Source: a virus (taxonomy: Duplodnaviria; Caudoviricetes). From it: DNA of 64,000 nucleotides. The translations under genes and the position numbers were made by a program. Below, piece after piece: positions 25,842 through 35,271 of this stretch. The notes under the pieces are model-generated. The model saw only the letters and a list, made by a program, of their open reading frames with translations, searched no databases and had not been told where the DNA came from. The stretch is from the IMG/VR virus record IMGVR_UViG_3300028888_000049; one strand, written 5' to 3'. Position 1 is the first letter of the stretch. Every line of letters begins with the position of its first letter.

Positions 25842-28103
25842 ATGCCTACATCTGCTTCAAACATAATTGTGAAAAATGGTACAAAAAATACAGTAGTATC
25901 TGCTGATGATATTAATATTAACGGTACTTCTGTAATTACTACTTTAAGTTCTAAACAAGACGTTTTAACTCCTGGTACCGGAATTGATATTACCAATAAC
26001 GTTATCTCCTCTACATTAAACTCTGCACAATGGGGTAATATTACCGGTACCATCTCTAATCAAACAGACTTACAAACAGCCTTAGATAATAAACAAAATG
26101 TAGCAACTGCTGTAAATTATGACAACATCACTAACTGTATTACATATATTCCACAAGATATTAAACTTGAGCTGAATAATGGTACTCTGACATTAAAAGC
26201 TGGTTCTAGAGTTTATGTACCAAATGGGACTAATACTTTTGATGAAGTTGTGATTAGCGAAGATATTTCACTTAGTAATAAAACTTCTACTAGAAAGATA
26301 CAATCATTAATTTTAATGAGGATTAATAAATCGAGTTTGGAGATTTGGAATGTAAATGATAGTTATTCTGGTACGACTCAACCAACGGCTACATATCAAT
26401 GCTGGTATAATACAACCAATAATACAATAAAGTCATCAGTGAATGGTGGTAGTACATACGGTGTTAATTTGTCTTTACCACTTTGTATTGTTTCTGTTGA
26501 TTCAACGGGTATGACATCTATAGACCAAGTCTTTAATGGCTTTGGATATATTGGCTCAACAGTCTTTGCTTTACCTGGTATACAATATTTATACTCTAAT
26601 GGTAGAAATGAAAATGGAACATTAAAGAATATTACTAATACAACATCCTCTGTTCTGACTTTTACTTGGAATCCGGGTTTATGGGGTAATAATTTCCCCG
26701 TTGTATTAGATTTGTATGGTGTTGAGTTTTTGGGTAATGAGAATACTTTTATTGGGGGCGAAAGACCAGAAAATCCCTCAGCTTATACACGTTGGTATAA
26801 TAAAGAAGAAAATCAATGGTACATTTATGTTACATACTGGGATAAAGCATATTTGTGCATTTATTCTTATGTTGACCTCTCTAACGGCAAAGTTGTTGGG
26901 TTTAGAACAAAAACAGCCTTTCATGCAGTAGATTATAATGACTTCTCTGACTTGAAAGATGATGTAGAAGCTAACACTAATACTTTAGAGTATAAACAAG
27001 ATGAAGCCACTGCTGTCAACTATGACAACATCACTAACTGTATAACAGAAATTCCACAGAATATACAACTTGAGTTGAATAATGGAACGCTGACACTAAA
27101 AGCAGGAAGTAAAGTATATGTGCCAAATGGTGCAGGTGTGTTTACGCTTGTTACAACTACATCAGATGTTTCAAGAAGCGAATTTGGTACAACAACTGGA
27201 AATAATCTATATTTAGAGGGAGTATACGGAGGTGGTACTATTTCGGCTATTTCTTGGTCTCTACAAAGCAATACATCAAGTGGCACAACATCACCAGCAT
27301 CAGGTATATTCTATAATACAAGCACAAATTATATAAATAGGTATGTTGAAGGAGAAGCAAAAGACCAAAGAAGTTTTCCGCTTGCGCTAATAACACTTGA
27401 TAATGGAACACCGACAAGTATAGACCAAGTCTTCAATGGCTTTGGTTATATTGGCTCAACAGTCTTTGTTCTTCCTGGTGTTAAAGGATTAATTCCAAAT
27501 GGTAGAAATGCGGATGGTACACTGAAGAGTATTGAGTTAAGTTTTTCAAAAGTTGTAACACAGACAAACAATGTTACATATTCCGGAGATATAGCTATAA
27601 CTTCGGATTATTTTGATTTGGCACAAGGTAATATGTATAATGAAAAAGATAATAGAAATTATCTTTCTGATGGTGTAACACCATTTAATAGGTGTATTGC
27701 GGGAAAATTTGTTAAGGGAACAAACGGTGTCATCACTTCTCTTACTCCTAAAACAGTCTTTCGTGCTCTTGACTACAACGACAGCTCTACAATATCAGGT
27801 TGGTCTATGCCATCAAGTAGGTATATAGACTTAACCCTTGGCGCTAGTGGTGCAAATTATACAGCTCCGGCAAATGGGTGGATATTTTTTGCAAAAGCCT
27901 CCGATTCATCAGGTCAGTTTAATGCTATTACTAATAGTACAGGCGGTGGTTTAAGAAGCGACTGTACTGCATCTAGTTCAGGACAGTGGGCGACTGTTAA
28001 CTGTCCTGTAAAAAGAGGAGATATATTTAGTATTGAGTATACAACATCAGGAGAAACAAAAAGATTCCGTTTCATTTATACTGAGGGAGAAAGTTCTAAT
28101 TAA
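25842..28103 (+). CDS. tail fibre paralogue F (duplicated ITNCIT-module, different C-terminus)
   Basis: N-terminus MPTSASNIIVKNG; two copies of the ITNCIT.IPQ.I.LEL...IDQVFNGFGYIGST module; C-terminus SMPSSRYIDLTLGASG..YTAPANGW. Confidence 0.85.
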   Translation: MPTSASNIIVKNGTKNTVVSADDININGTSVITTLSSKQDVLTPGTGIDITNNVISSTLNSAQWGNITGTISNQTDLQTALDNKQNVATAVNYDNITNCITYIPQDIKLELNNGTLTLKAGSRVYVPNGTNTFDEVVISEDISLSNKTSTRKIQSLILMRINKSSLEIWNVNDSYSGTTQPTATYQCWYNTTNNTIKSSVNGGSTYGVNLSLPLCIVSVDSTGMTSIDQVFNGFGYIGSTVFALPGIQYLYSNGRNENGTLKNITNTTSSVLTFTWNPGLWGNNFPVVLDLYGVEFLGNENTFIGGERPENPSAYTRWYNKEENQWYIYVTYWDKAYLCIYSYVDLSNGKVVGFRTKTAFHAVDYNDFSDLKDDVEANTNTLEYKQDEATAVNYDNITNCITEIPQNIQLELNNGTLTLKAGSKVYVPNGAGVFTLVTTTSDVSRSEFGTTTGNNLYLEGVYGGGTISAISWSLQSNTSSGTTSPASGIFYNTSTNYINRYVEGEAKDQRSFPLALITLDNGTPTSIDQVFNGFGYIGSTVFVLPGVKGLIPNGRNADGTLKSIELSFSKVVTQTNNVTYSGDIAITSDYFDLAQGNMYNEKDNRNYLSDGVTPFNRCIAGKFVKGTNGVITSLTPKTVFRALDYNDSSTISGWSMPSSRYIDLTLGASGANYTAPANGWIFFAKASDSSGQFNAITNSTGGGLRSDCTASSSGQWATVNCPVKRGDIFSIEYTTSGETKRFRFIYTEGESSN

Positions 28104-28139
28104 TATCTTTAAATTTTAATAACTTAGGATATTAATTAT

Positions 28140-28793
28140 ATGATTTTAATTTATATGATAACCAATATGATAAATAATAAAAAATATATAGGTCAAACAA
28201 AGCATTCTTTAAAATGGAGATTTTATAATCATTGTCAAAAAAGCAATGGATGTAAGAAACTTTGTCATGCAATTCAAAAATATGGTAAAGAAAATTTTAT
28301 AATAACAAAAATAGATGAAGCTCCCACAAGAGAAGAAGCAAACATTAAAGAGCGTTATTATATTTCTTATTATAATACACAAATAGAAGGGTATAATATA
28401 GCAGAAGGCGGATTTAATGCTAAGTCTACAAGGCGTAAAAGAGTAATCTGTTTAGAAACTGGTGAAAAATTCGATAGTATTACAGATTGTGCTAAAAAAT
28501 ATAACGCAAACAAAGTAGATTATATAGCCAGAGTTTGTCATGGAAATAAACCTACTTTTAAAGGTTATCATTTTGCATTTTTAGATAAAGACGATAAACC
28601 CAGGTTAGATAAAATAAGATTAAATGCACCAAAATCACACAAAAAGACATTATGTATTGAGACTGGAGAAATATTTAAAGATTCTAAAAGTGCATCTGAT
28701 TGGTTAGGAGTTCATCGTAATGCAGTATCAATGTGCTGCAGAGGATTATGTAAAACAATTAAAGGTTACCATTTTAAATATGTGGAGGAATAA
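28140..28793 (+). CDS. GIY-YIG homing endonuclease
   Basis: LIYMITNMINNKKYIGQT...GYN; CLETGE repeats. Confidence 0.85.
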   Translation: MILIYMITNMINNKKYIGQTKHSLKWRFYNHCQKSNGCKKLCHAIQKYGKENFIITKIDEAPTREEANIKERYYISYYNTQIEGYNIAEGGFNAKSTRRKRVICLETGEKFDSITDCAKKYNANKVDYIARVCHGNKPTFKGYHFAFLDKDDKPRLDKIRLNAPKSHKKTLCIETGEIFKDSKSASDWLGVHRNAVSMCCRGLCKTIKGYHFKYVEE

Positions 28794-28798
28794 TATAA

Positions 28799-29146
28799 AT
28801 GTATAAAGCAATTAAAGATAACAAAATTATAGCAATTAACGAAACAGGTGAATTTCCTTGTCTTATTTATGATGAAGTAGTTGAAGATACAGAACACACC
28901 TGTGAAGATTATAAGCATTATAATGGTGAGTTTACACTTCACAATATCGAGAAAGACAATGAAGAAATGAAACAAGCTCGTGCCAATGCTTATACAGTTG
29001 AAGTTGATCCTTTAATGTCTGAATATAACCGCAAAAAGACTTTCAATCTGTTTGAAGAAGGTGAAGAAGAAGAACTTATAAAAGCTATTCAAGATAAAGT
29101 AGTCGAGATTAAAGAGAAATATCCATATCAAGAGAATAATATATAA
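28799..29146 (+). CDS. tail-fibre assembly chaperone-like protein
   Basis: Follows fibre F; R..AY..EVDPL...IKEKYPY pattern. Confidence 0.6.
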   Translation: MYKAIKDNKIIAINETGEFPCLIYDEVVEDTEHTCEDYKHYNGEFTLHNIEKDNEEMKQARANAYTVEVDPLMSEYNRKKTFNLFEEGEEEELIKAIQDKVVEIKEKYPYQENNI

Positions 29147-29149
29147 AAA

Positions 29150-29515
29150 TTATTCTGCTTTATTATCTACAGTATCTATAATACTTGCTGCTAATACTGC
29201 TATAAGTAATTTGCATTGATTCCAGATTTGCATAGCACTAGATAATTGTAAGTTTTCTGCATTCTTTTTGTTAATGACTAACTTATCAATATACTTATTT
29301 AATTCTACTAATGTTACTTGCATTTCTGGATTATGTTCATAGAGTTTATGTTCTACAGCATAATTATAGAGTACAAAACCTTTTTGAATAATATCATTTA
29401 ATGCTTTAATAGATGTTTCTGTTGTAATATTTTTACCTTCATCTGTTTTATATTTATCTTCATATAGATTAATTTCATCTAATAGTTGTTCTGAAAGTTT
29501 ATAAGCCTTTTCCAT
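29150..29515 (-). CDS. hypothetical protein
   Basis: 121-aa ORF. Confidence 0.65.
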   Translation of the reverse strand: MEKAYKLSEQLLDEINLYEDKYKTDEGKNITTETSIKALNDIIQKGFVLYNYAVEHKLYEHNPEMQVTLVELNKYIDKLVINKKNAENLQLSSAMQIWNQCKLLIAVLAASIIDTVDNKAE

Positions 29516-29518
29516 TTT

Positions 29519-29791
29519 TTATTTTCCTTGCATAATGTTAAGAATTAAATTAAGATCATTGTTTTTATAAAAAGAAACAAGTACATTTGCTATAACGAAA
29601 GCCTGTTCTTTATCTAATGTAATTTTTGTATTTGATTTCTTTTCTGTAATAGCCAATAAATTATTTTTATTATCTGGTTGTAATGAAATTTCTATATCTT
29701 GTAAAGTCATGTCTTTAAATTTTACTATTTGTTCTTCAATTGGAAATTGAACAATAGATTCTTTAGATTTCTTTTTAAAAATATTAAACAT
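29519..29791 (-). CDS. hypothetical protein
   Basis: 90-aa ORF; GTTCTA motif at 29827-29832. Confidence 0.65.
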   Translation of the reverse strand: MFNIFKKKSKESIVQFPIEEQIVKFKDMTLQDIEISLQPDNKNNLLAITEKKSNTKITLDKEQAFVIANVLVSFYKNNDLNLILNIMQGK

Positions 29792-29890
29792 CAGAAAAAT
29801 AATCTCCTATTTTTGTTAATATTTTATAGAACTAGAAAAATTTTAAGGATTCTATATAATAATTAAAAAATTTTTCTAAAAGGTGATAAT

Positions 29891-31453
29891 ATGCCAATTT
29901 ATAATACTAATAAATTTTGGAATTATATAACAAATGAACCTTATGGTGTGATTCTTAAATGTAAAGATATATTAACAAGAAAAGATTATAACTTTGATAC
30001 TAAGACTTATGATATATCCTATTATTATAATAACATATCATCTTTCACTGTAGAAAACTTTAGATATGATACTATACGATTTCCAGCTGGTCTTACTAAG
30101 TATGTATCTGAAAAAGCAGGAATATCTATTGAAAATTTACCAATAGATCCTATTTACAATTACACAGAAGAACAAGTACTAGAATATGCAAATAAAGTAA
30201 AAGCTATAAATCCAAAATATGAAGTACGAGATTATCAAGTAAAAGCCTGTCTTACCTCTCTTAATAATTTCAGAAGTCTTATTGTAGCAGGTACAGGATC
30301 AGGCAAAACTTCCATAATGTCATTGTTATGCCTCATCCTGTATGAGTCTAAAATACTTATAATGAATGGTAATAACTTCATTTTACAACAAATATATGAT
30401 AGACTTATATCATTTGGAGAAACTGATATTAGTTGGAATCCATCGGAAGATCCAGATTACTCTAAAAGAATTGTTATTATGAATACGTCATTATCAGATA
30501 GTAGACTAAATACACAAGATCAAAATTATATCAAATATCTATCTACAGTTAATGTAGTAATACAGGATGAGGCACATCATTTTCAGTCATTAACAGCTTT
30601 TGAACCTTTATTCTATACAAATCCAGATAAATTAGAACGTATTGTAGGATATACTGCATCTCCATTCAGAGAATATAAAAATCCTTATAAAAATTCAGAT
30701 GACTTTAGACTTATTGGCTTATTAGGAGAACCAGCATTTACATATGATATGAAACAATCTATAGCTGACGGTAATATTGCTCAACCATATGGATATTTCA
30801 TACGCTATCAGAATAAAATTCCTTTTATACCAGAACAATTTAAAGACAATTATTATATGAAATATCGTGTATCTATAACTTATAACAAAGCTCGTAATAA
30901 AGCTGGTTTTGAAATGATAAAATACTTATATAAACATAACATCATTACATTTATATCATTAAACAATATCAAACCTGCTCAAAGATTATTAGAAAAATTA
31001 GCTAAAGAAAATGTACCTGCTATTATTATATGTGGTGATAATAAAATCTATAGAACTACAACCTCTAAAAAAGGAAAAGTTAAAATAGTAGAAGAAGATG
31101 GTAATACAGATACTCTTAAAACAGAATTACAGAATGGGCTAAAGATTGTTATAGGAACTTCAGTGCTTGATGAAGGCGTAGATATAGACATGTTTCAAGC
31201 CACAATTCTTTACACAGCTGGGAAGACTCCTATCTCAGCTTTGCAAAGAGTTGGTAGAAGTGTCAGAAAGAAAGTAAATGGTATGAATGTTTCTTTAGCT
31301 ATAGACTTCAGAGATGAAGGTGGATTACAAACATTCAAAGATCATTATTTACAGAGAAGAGAACTAATGGAAAATTCTGGAGTTAAAATCTTAAATGATG
31401 TACATGATTTCTTAGAGTTAGTAGAGAAGATTGAAAATGCCAAAGACGAATAA
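29891..31453 (+). CDS. SF2 DEAH-box helicase (UvsW-like)
   Basis: RDYQ, GTGSGKT, DEAHH, TAS, QRVGR motifs. Confidence 0.9.
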   Translation: MPIYNTNKFWNYITNEPYGVILKCKDILTRKDYNFDTKTYDISYYYNNISSFTVENFRYDTIRFPAGLTKYVSEKAGISIENLPIDPIYNYTEEQVLEYANKVKAINPKYEVRDYQVKACLTSLNNFRSLIVAGTGSGKTSIMSLLCLILYESKILIMNGNNFILQQIYDRLISFGETDISWNPSEDPDYSKRIVIMNTSLSDSRLNTQDQNYIKYLSTVNVVIQDEAHHFQSLTAFEPLFYTNPDKLERIVGYTASPFREYKNPYKNSDDFRLIGLLGEPAFTYDMKQSIADGNIAQPYGYFIRYQNKIPFIPEQFKDNYYMKYRVSITYNKARNKAGFEMIKYLYKHNIITFISLNNIKPAQRLLEKLAKENVPAIIICGDNKIYRTTTSKKGKVKIVEEDGNTDTLKTELQNGLKIVIGTSVLDEGVDIDMFQATILYTAGKTPISALQRVGRSVRKKVNGMNVSLAIDFRDEGGLQTFKDHYLQRRELMENSGVKILNDVHDFLELVEKIENAKDE

Positions 31454-31535
31454 AAATACACTATACAGAAAATTAATTTTCAAAGTAGTGATTTAATAAT
31501 ACTTCTATAATAATGTAAATAACAAGTTTAATTTT

Positions 31536-32978
31536 ATGGAGAAAATAATGTCAGAAGAATCTAAAATACCTGAAGAAATTTCATTTGAAGAAGAGTTTGA
31601 TCTGAATATACAAAGAAAGTTTTTAGGATTATTGGTATTAGATAAAACATGGGCAGAATTAAATGGCATTAAAATAATTAAACCAGAATATTTTGAAGAT
31701 ACAGTACTATATAATATATGTAAATGGATTCATAAATACTACGATAAATATAAAGATATACCTACAAAGTTAATATTAAAAGAAACAGCAAAAGATTATG
31801 TAAACGCAAAATCAGAAAACTTACAAAGATTTTTCTTATATTCAGATGCTCTAGAAGATATTTTTTCAATAGATGGTGGTAGTGCATCTTTACAATACTA
31901 TCAAGATAAAGCTATTGCATTCATTAGACAGCAAACATGGAAGCAAGCTATATCTAAAGCAGGTAAAGTTTTTTCTTTGCATAATTATGAAGTTGCAATG
32001 AACTTATTTAAACAAATTATGAGTATAGGATCAGAAAACGATCTTGGTCTAGAACTTAATAAACTTACAGCTGATGAATTCTTATCTCTTGTTGGTAATA
32101 CATATGATACTTCTAATATGATAAAAACAGGAATAGCTTCTTGGGATGCAGGTTTAGGTGGAGGTTTTGTGAAAGACAACATACACTTGATTTGCGCAGC
32201 TCCTGGAGGTGGAAAATCGCGTATGATGGCTTACTTAACACGAGTTGCATTAGAAAATATGAAAAAAGTTATATTTATTACACTCGAGTTAACTGAAACA
32301 GAAACTATGGCAAATATTCAAAGTGCTATTACTGGTATGACTATGTATGATATGTTAAAACCTGAAAATAGAGCTGAATTTGAAGAAAAGACTGCAATGT
32401 TTCAGAATACATTTGCTTCAGACTGTTTTGTTAAATTTTATAAACCATCGACTGTAACTGCTGATACTATTCAAAATTACATCTATAAAGTCATACAATT
32501 TAAGAAAGAAAAAGAAGGTGTAGATTGGAAACCTGATGTTATTTTCTTAGACTATCTTGATAAATTACTACCAACACAGAAAGTTAAAGGTAATATTTAC
32601 GAAGATATCGGTGGTGTAGCTGATGACTGTAAAAACCTCGCTATCACTTTTAGTTGCCCTGTTATTTCAGGATCACAATTAGGTAGAATCTCTTGGAATC
32701 TTAATGGAGATGAGGTCATAAGTATGGCAAATATAAGTGAAAGTGCTAGAAAGGCTCACTTAGCTCATTCAATAACAACAATCAACGTTAATCCTGGCGA
32801 AAAAGAACTTGGTAAAGCACGCTTATTCATGGCTAAATCTCGTAATGGACAACCTGGAAAGACTATTTTCATAGAACAGAATCTTGGCAAATGTTTAATG
32901 TATGAAGTCGATCCTTGGGATCCGAAGACATTACAAGGTACTACTATTTATACCATTAAAGGAGCAAATCAGCAATAA
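31536..32978 (+). CDS. DnaB/gp41-like replicative helicase
   Basis: Walker A APGGGKS, ITLE, IFLDYLD, SQLGR, KSRNG. Confidence 0.88.
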   Translation: MEKIMSEESKIPEEISFEEEFDLNIQRKFLGLLVLDKTWAELNGIKIIKPEYFEDTVLYNICKWIHKYYDKYKDIPTKLILKETAKDYVNAKSENLQRFFLYSDALEDIFSIDGGSASLQYYQDKAIAFIRQQTWKQAISKAGKVFSLHNYEVAMNLFKQIMSIGSENDLGLELNKLTADEFLSLVGNTYDTSNMIKTGIASWDAGLGGGFVKDNIHLICAAPGGGKSRMMAYLTRVALENMKKVIFITLELTETETMANIQSAITGMTMYDMLKPENRAEFEEKTAMFQNTFASDCFVKFYKPSTVTADTIQNYIYKVIQFKKEKEGVDWKPDVIFLDYLDKLLPTQKVKGNIYEDIGGVADDCKNLAITFSCPVISGSQLGRISWNLNGDEVISMANISESARKAHLAHSITTINVNPGEKELGKARLFMAKSRNGQPGKTIFIEQNLGKCLMYEVDPWDPKTLQGTTIYTIKGANQQ

Positions 32979-32980
32979 AA

Positions 32981-33838
32981 ATGGTTAAGTATAAGCTAAA
33001 AGAATTTACTTGTAGAATATGTGGAAAGAAATTTAAAGCGCGTTTTTCACATAATATGACTTGTTCCATTAAATGTAAAAGTAGAGCACGTAAATTAGAT
33101 TCTTATCCACCTACTGGAATTAGAAAGTGTGATTATTGTGGAAAAGAGTATTACTATATTCATGGAATGCCTAACTGGAATAAAAATGGAGCCTATAATA
33201 AAAGAGGATCTTTTGAATCTAGTAAATATTGTTGTTATGAATGTGGTAAAGCCGTTTCTAGAAATAAAAGTAAACAATCTAAATATGATAAGTATGGAGA
33301 TCCAAATTATAATAATCTAGAAAAATACAAAGAAACATGTCAAATCAAGTATAATACAGATAATACATTAAAAGTACCTGAAATAAAGGCTAGAAGAAAT
33401 GCTACTAATTTAAAAAATTTAGGAGTTGAATATCCATTACAAAATGAAGAAATATATAAGAAAACTTTAAAAAATAATAAAACGCATATTACAGAGACTA
33501 AAATATTTAATCTTATAAAAGAAATATATCCAGATGTAATAAGAGAATATAAATCTGATAAATATCCATGGTTCTGTGATTTTTATATTCCGTCTTTAGA
33601 TCTTTATATTGAATTTCAGGGACATTGGTCTCATGGTTTAAAACCTTATAATCCAAATGATCCAAATGACAAATTACAATTAGAGAAGTGGATTGAGTGT
33701 GAATATAAAAAATCTATAAAAATATGGACAGTTATTGATCCACTCAAGCGCGAAACAGCTAAAAAGAATAATATAACACTATTAGAATTTTTCACGATGC
33801 GTGAATTTAATGAATGGTATGCTAAACAAAAACCATAG
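32981..33838 (+). CDS. putative homing endonuclease (Zn-finger + DUF559/Vsr-like), paralogue of 4445..5308
   Basis: CDFYIPSLDLYIEFQGHWSHG; CxxC clusters. Confidence 0.75.
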   Translation: MVKYKLKEFTCRICGKKFKARFSHNMTCSIKCKSRARKLDSYPPTGIRKCDYCGKEYYYIHGMPNWNKNGAYNKRGSFESSKYCCYECGKAVSRNKSKQSKYDKYGDPNYNNLEKYKETCQIKYNTDNTLKVPEIKARRNATNLKNLGVEYPLQNEEIYKKTLKNNKTHITETKIFNLIKEIYPDVIREYKSDKYPWFCDFYIPSLDLYIEFQGHWSHGLKPYNPNDPNDKLQLEKWIECEYKKSIKIWTVIDPLKRETAKKNNITLLEFFTMREFNEWYAKQKP

Positions 33839-33854
33839 ATTTTTATAAAGATAA

Positions 33855-33883
33855 AGGGTAGGTCTATTGTTGGATCTACCCTA
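33855..33883. terminator. hairpin terminator
   Basis: AGGGTAGGTC/GATCTACCCT stem. Confidence 0.6.
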
Positions 33884-34066
33884 TTATTATAGTTCTTAAG
33901 AAGTCGTTCTCTGGGTACTATATCTTCACCAATAATTTTACTGAGACATCGTTCGCAATAGGTGACTATAATGTGTTTTTACCTTTATTTATAGAACTAC
34001 TGTAAAAATTGCTTTACATTAATTATTTTGAAAGTTATATTATATATTATTTGAAAAGGATTATAT

Positions 34067-34438
34067 ATGATAGATAAAGTTAAATTACAACAGCTGTTAA
34101 TTGAAGGTAAAACGCTTGATGCATTAAGATTATATGCAGGTGGTGATCATATTAAAAGCAATATGATATTTAAAACACTATATAAAATTGTAAATTTATT
34201 AAATACGCATCTTGGCGAGTTTTTGTATGTGTATCACATTAGTGATAAAGAACTAAGAAAGTTTATAAATGAAAATAAACACTATTTTAGAAATGATAAT
34301 CAACAGATTATTATAGCAGAAAATACAATCTGTATTCCTAGAAATTCAGAATTTTATTTCTTGTTAAAAGCTTATAATTTCGATATAGCAACTGTTGTAC
34401 ATGCCTATAAAGATAAACAAAATGAGTTTGAAGAATAA
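34067..34438 (+). CDS. hypothetical protein
   Basis: TTTACA-N17-TATATT promoter at 34013-34041; RBS AAGGA. Confidence 0.7.
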   Translation: MIDKVKLQQLLIEGKTLDALRLYAGGDHIKSNMIFKTLYKIVNLLNTHLGEFLYVYHISDKELRKFINENKHYFRNDNQQIIIAENTICIPRNSEFYFLLKAYNFDIATVVHAYKDKQNEFEE

Positions 34439-34868
34439 TTTAAAAATTTTAAGAGTTAAAGCAATGATGCCAATAACTATAATGTATACAAATGATAATA
34501 CCTATATTCAAGACTGTATAAAAGAACATAAAGCCATAATCTATTATATTATAGATCATTATAGTAAAGATACTTTTATGTCTTATGATGATTTATTTTA
34601 TATTATTGTTAATTTTAAAAATTATGTAGCTAAAAATAGAGGATATGATAGTTTTTATTTAAATTTTTTATGTTTAGATGAAGATATTATTGATAAGAAA
34701 GATGTTTATTTCGAAGAATATCAAGAGTATTTATCTCCTGCTACTATTGGAGCATTAGCTTTATGTATTGAAAGATATAAGTTTTATAAAAAATGCACAC
34801 TTCCTCTTTATTTTTTAATAAAATTGTTTTACAAATGTAAAAAAGCTATTTATAAAGGTAATAAATAA
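34395..34868 (+). CDS. hypothetical protein
   Basis: ORF in operon. Confidence 0.6.
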   Translation: MYMPIKINKMSLKNNLKILRVKAMMPITIMYTNDNTYIQDCIKEHKAIIYYIIDHYSKDTFMSYDDLFYIIVNFKNYVAKNRGYDSFYLNFLCLDEDIIDKKDVYFEEYQEYLSPATIGALALCIERYKFYKKCTLPLYFLIKLFYKCKKAIYKGNK

Positions 34869-34944
34869 TGCATTGGATAATTGAACTTGTAATGGATATT
34901 ATTGCTGATATTATAGCCAATTTATTCACTCAAAGGAAAAAGAA

Positions 34945-35271
34945 ATGATATGGTTTACTAATTGGAAGAAAAAGTATCAAGATTTAGTAGATAGACAGAT
35001 TGCTACTTTAGATTTAATTGAAGATTATCTATATGAAGCCAAATTACAACCATGCGAAATTAAGAAACTTTGTAAAATATATCTTACGTTAAGTATAGAA
35101 GACGCAAAGCTTATGATACAATTACATAAAGATTCGTTGAATAAAAATTTAAATTCTGATACACCAAATTATATTAAAAGATATAGAGGTACACAACTCT
35201 GTAAAAAAAGAAATGTATATGTACCAATTCTTGAAAAAGAACTTAAGAAATTAGAAAAAGGAAAAAAGTAA
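34945..35271 (+). CDS. hypothetical protein
   Basis: ORF with RBS. Confidence 0.65.
   Translation: MIWFTNWKKKYQDLVDRQIATLDLIEDYLYEAKLQPCEIKKLCKIYLTLSIEDAKLMIQLHKDSLNKNLNSDTPNYIKRYRGTQLCKKRNVYVPILEKELKKLEKGKK

Noticed and set aside
8863-28103. Diversity-generating retroelement acting on the fibres
   Set aside because: No reverse transcriptase in the window; differences between repeated fibre ends are mostly synonymous and not adenine-specific.
33884-33997. Minus-strand frame with CERC downstream of a GTTCTA motif
   Set aside because: No in-frame start codon and too short to support a call.
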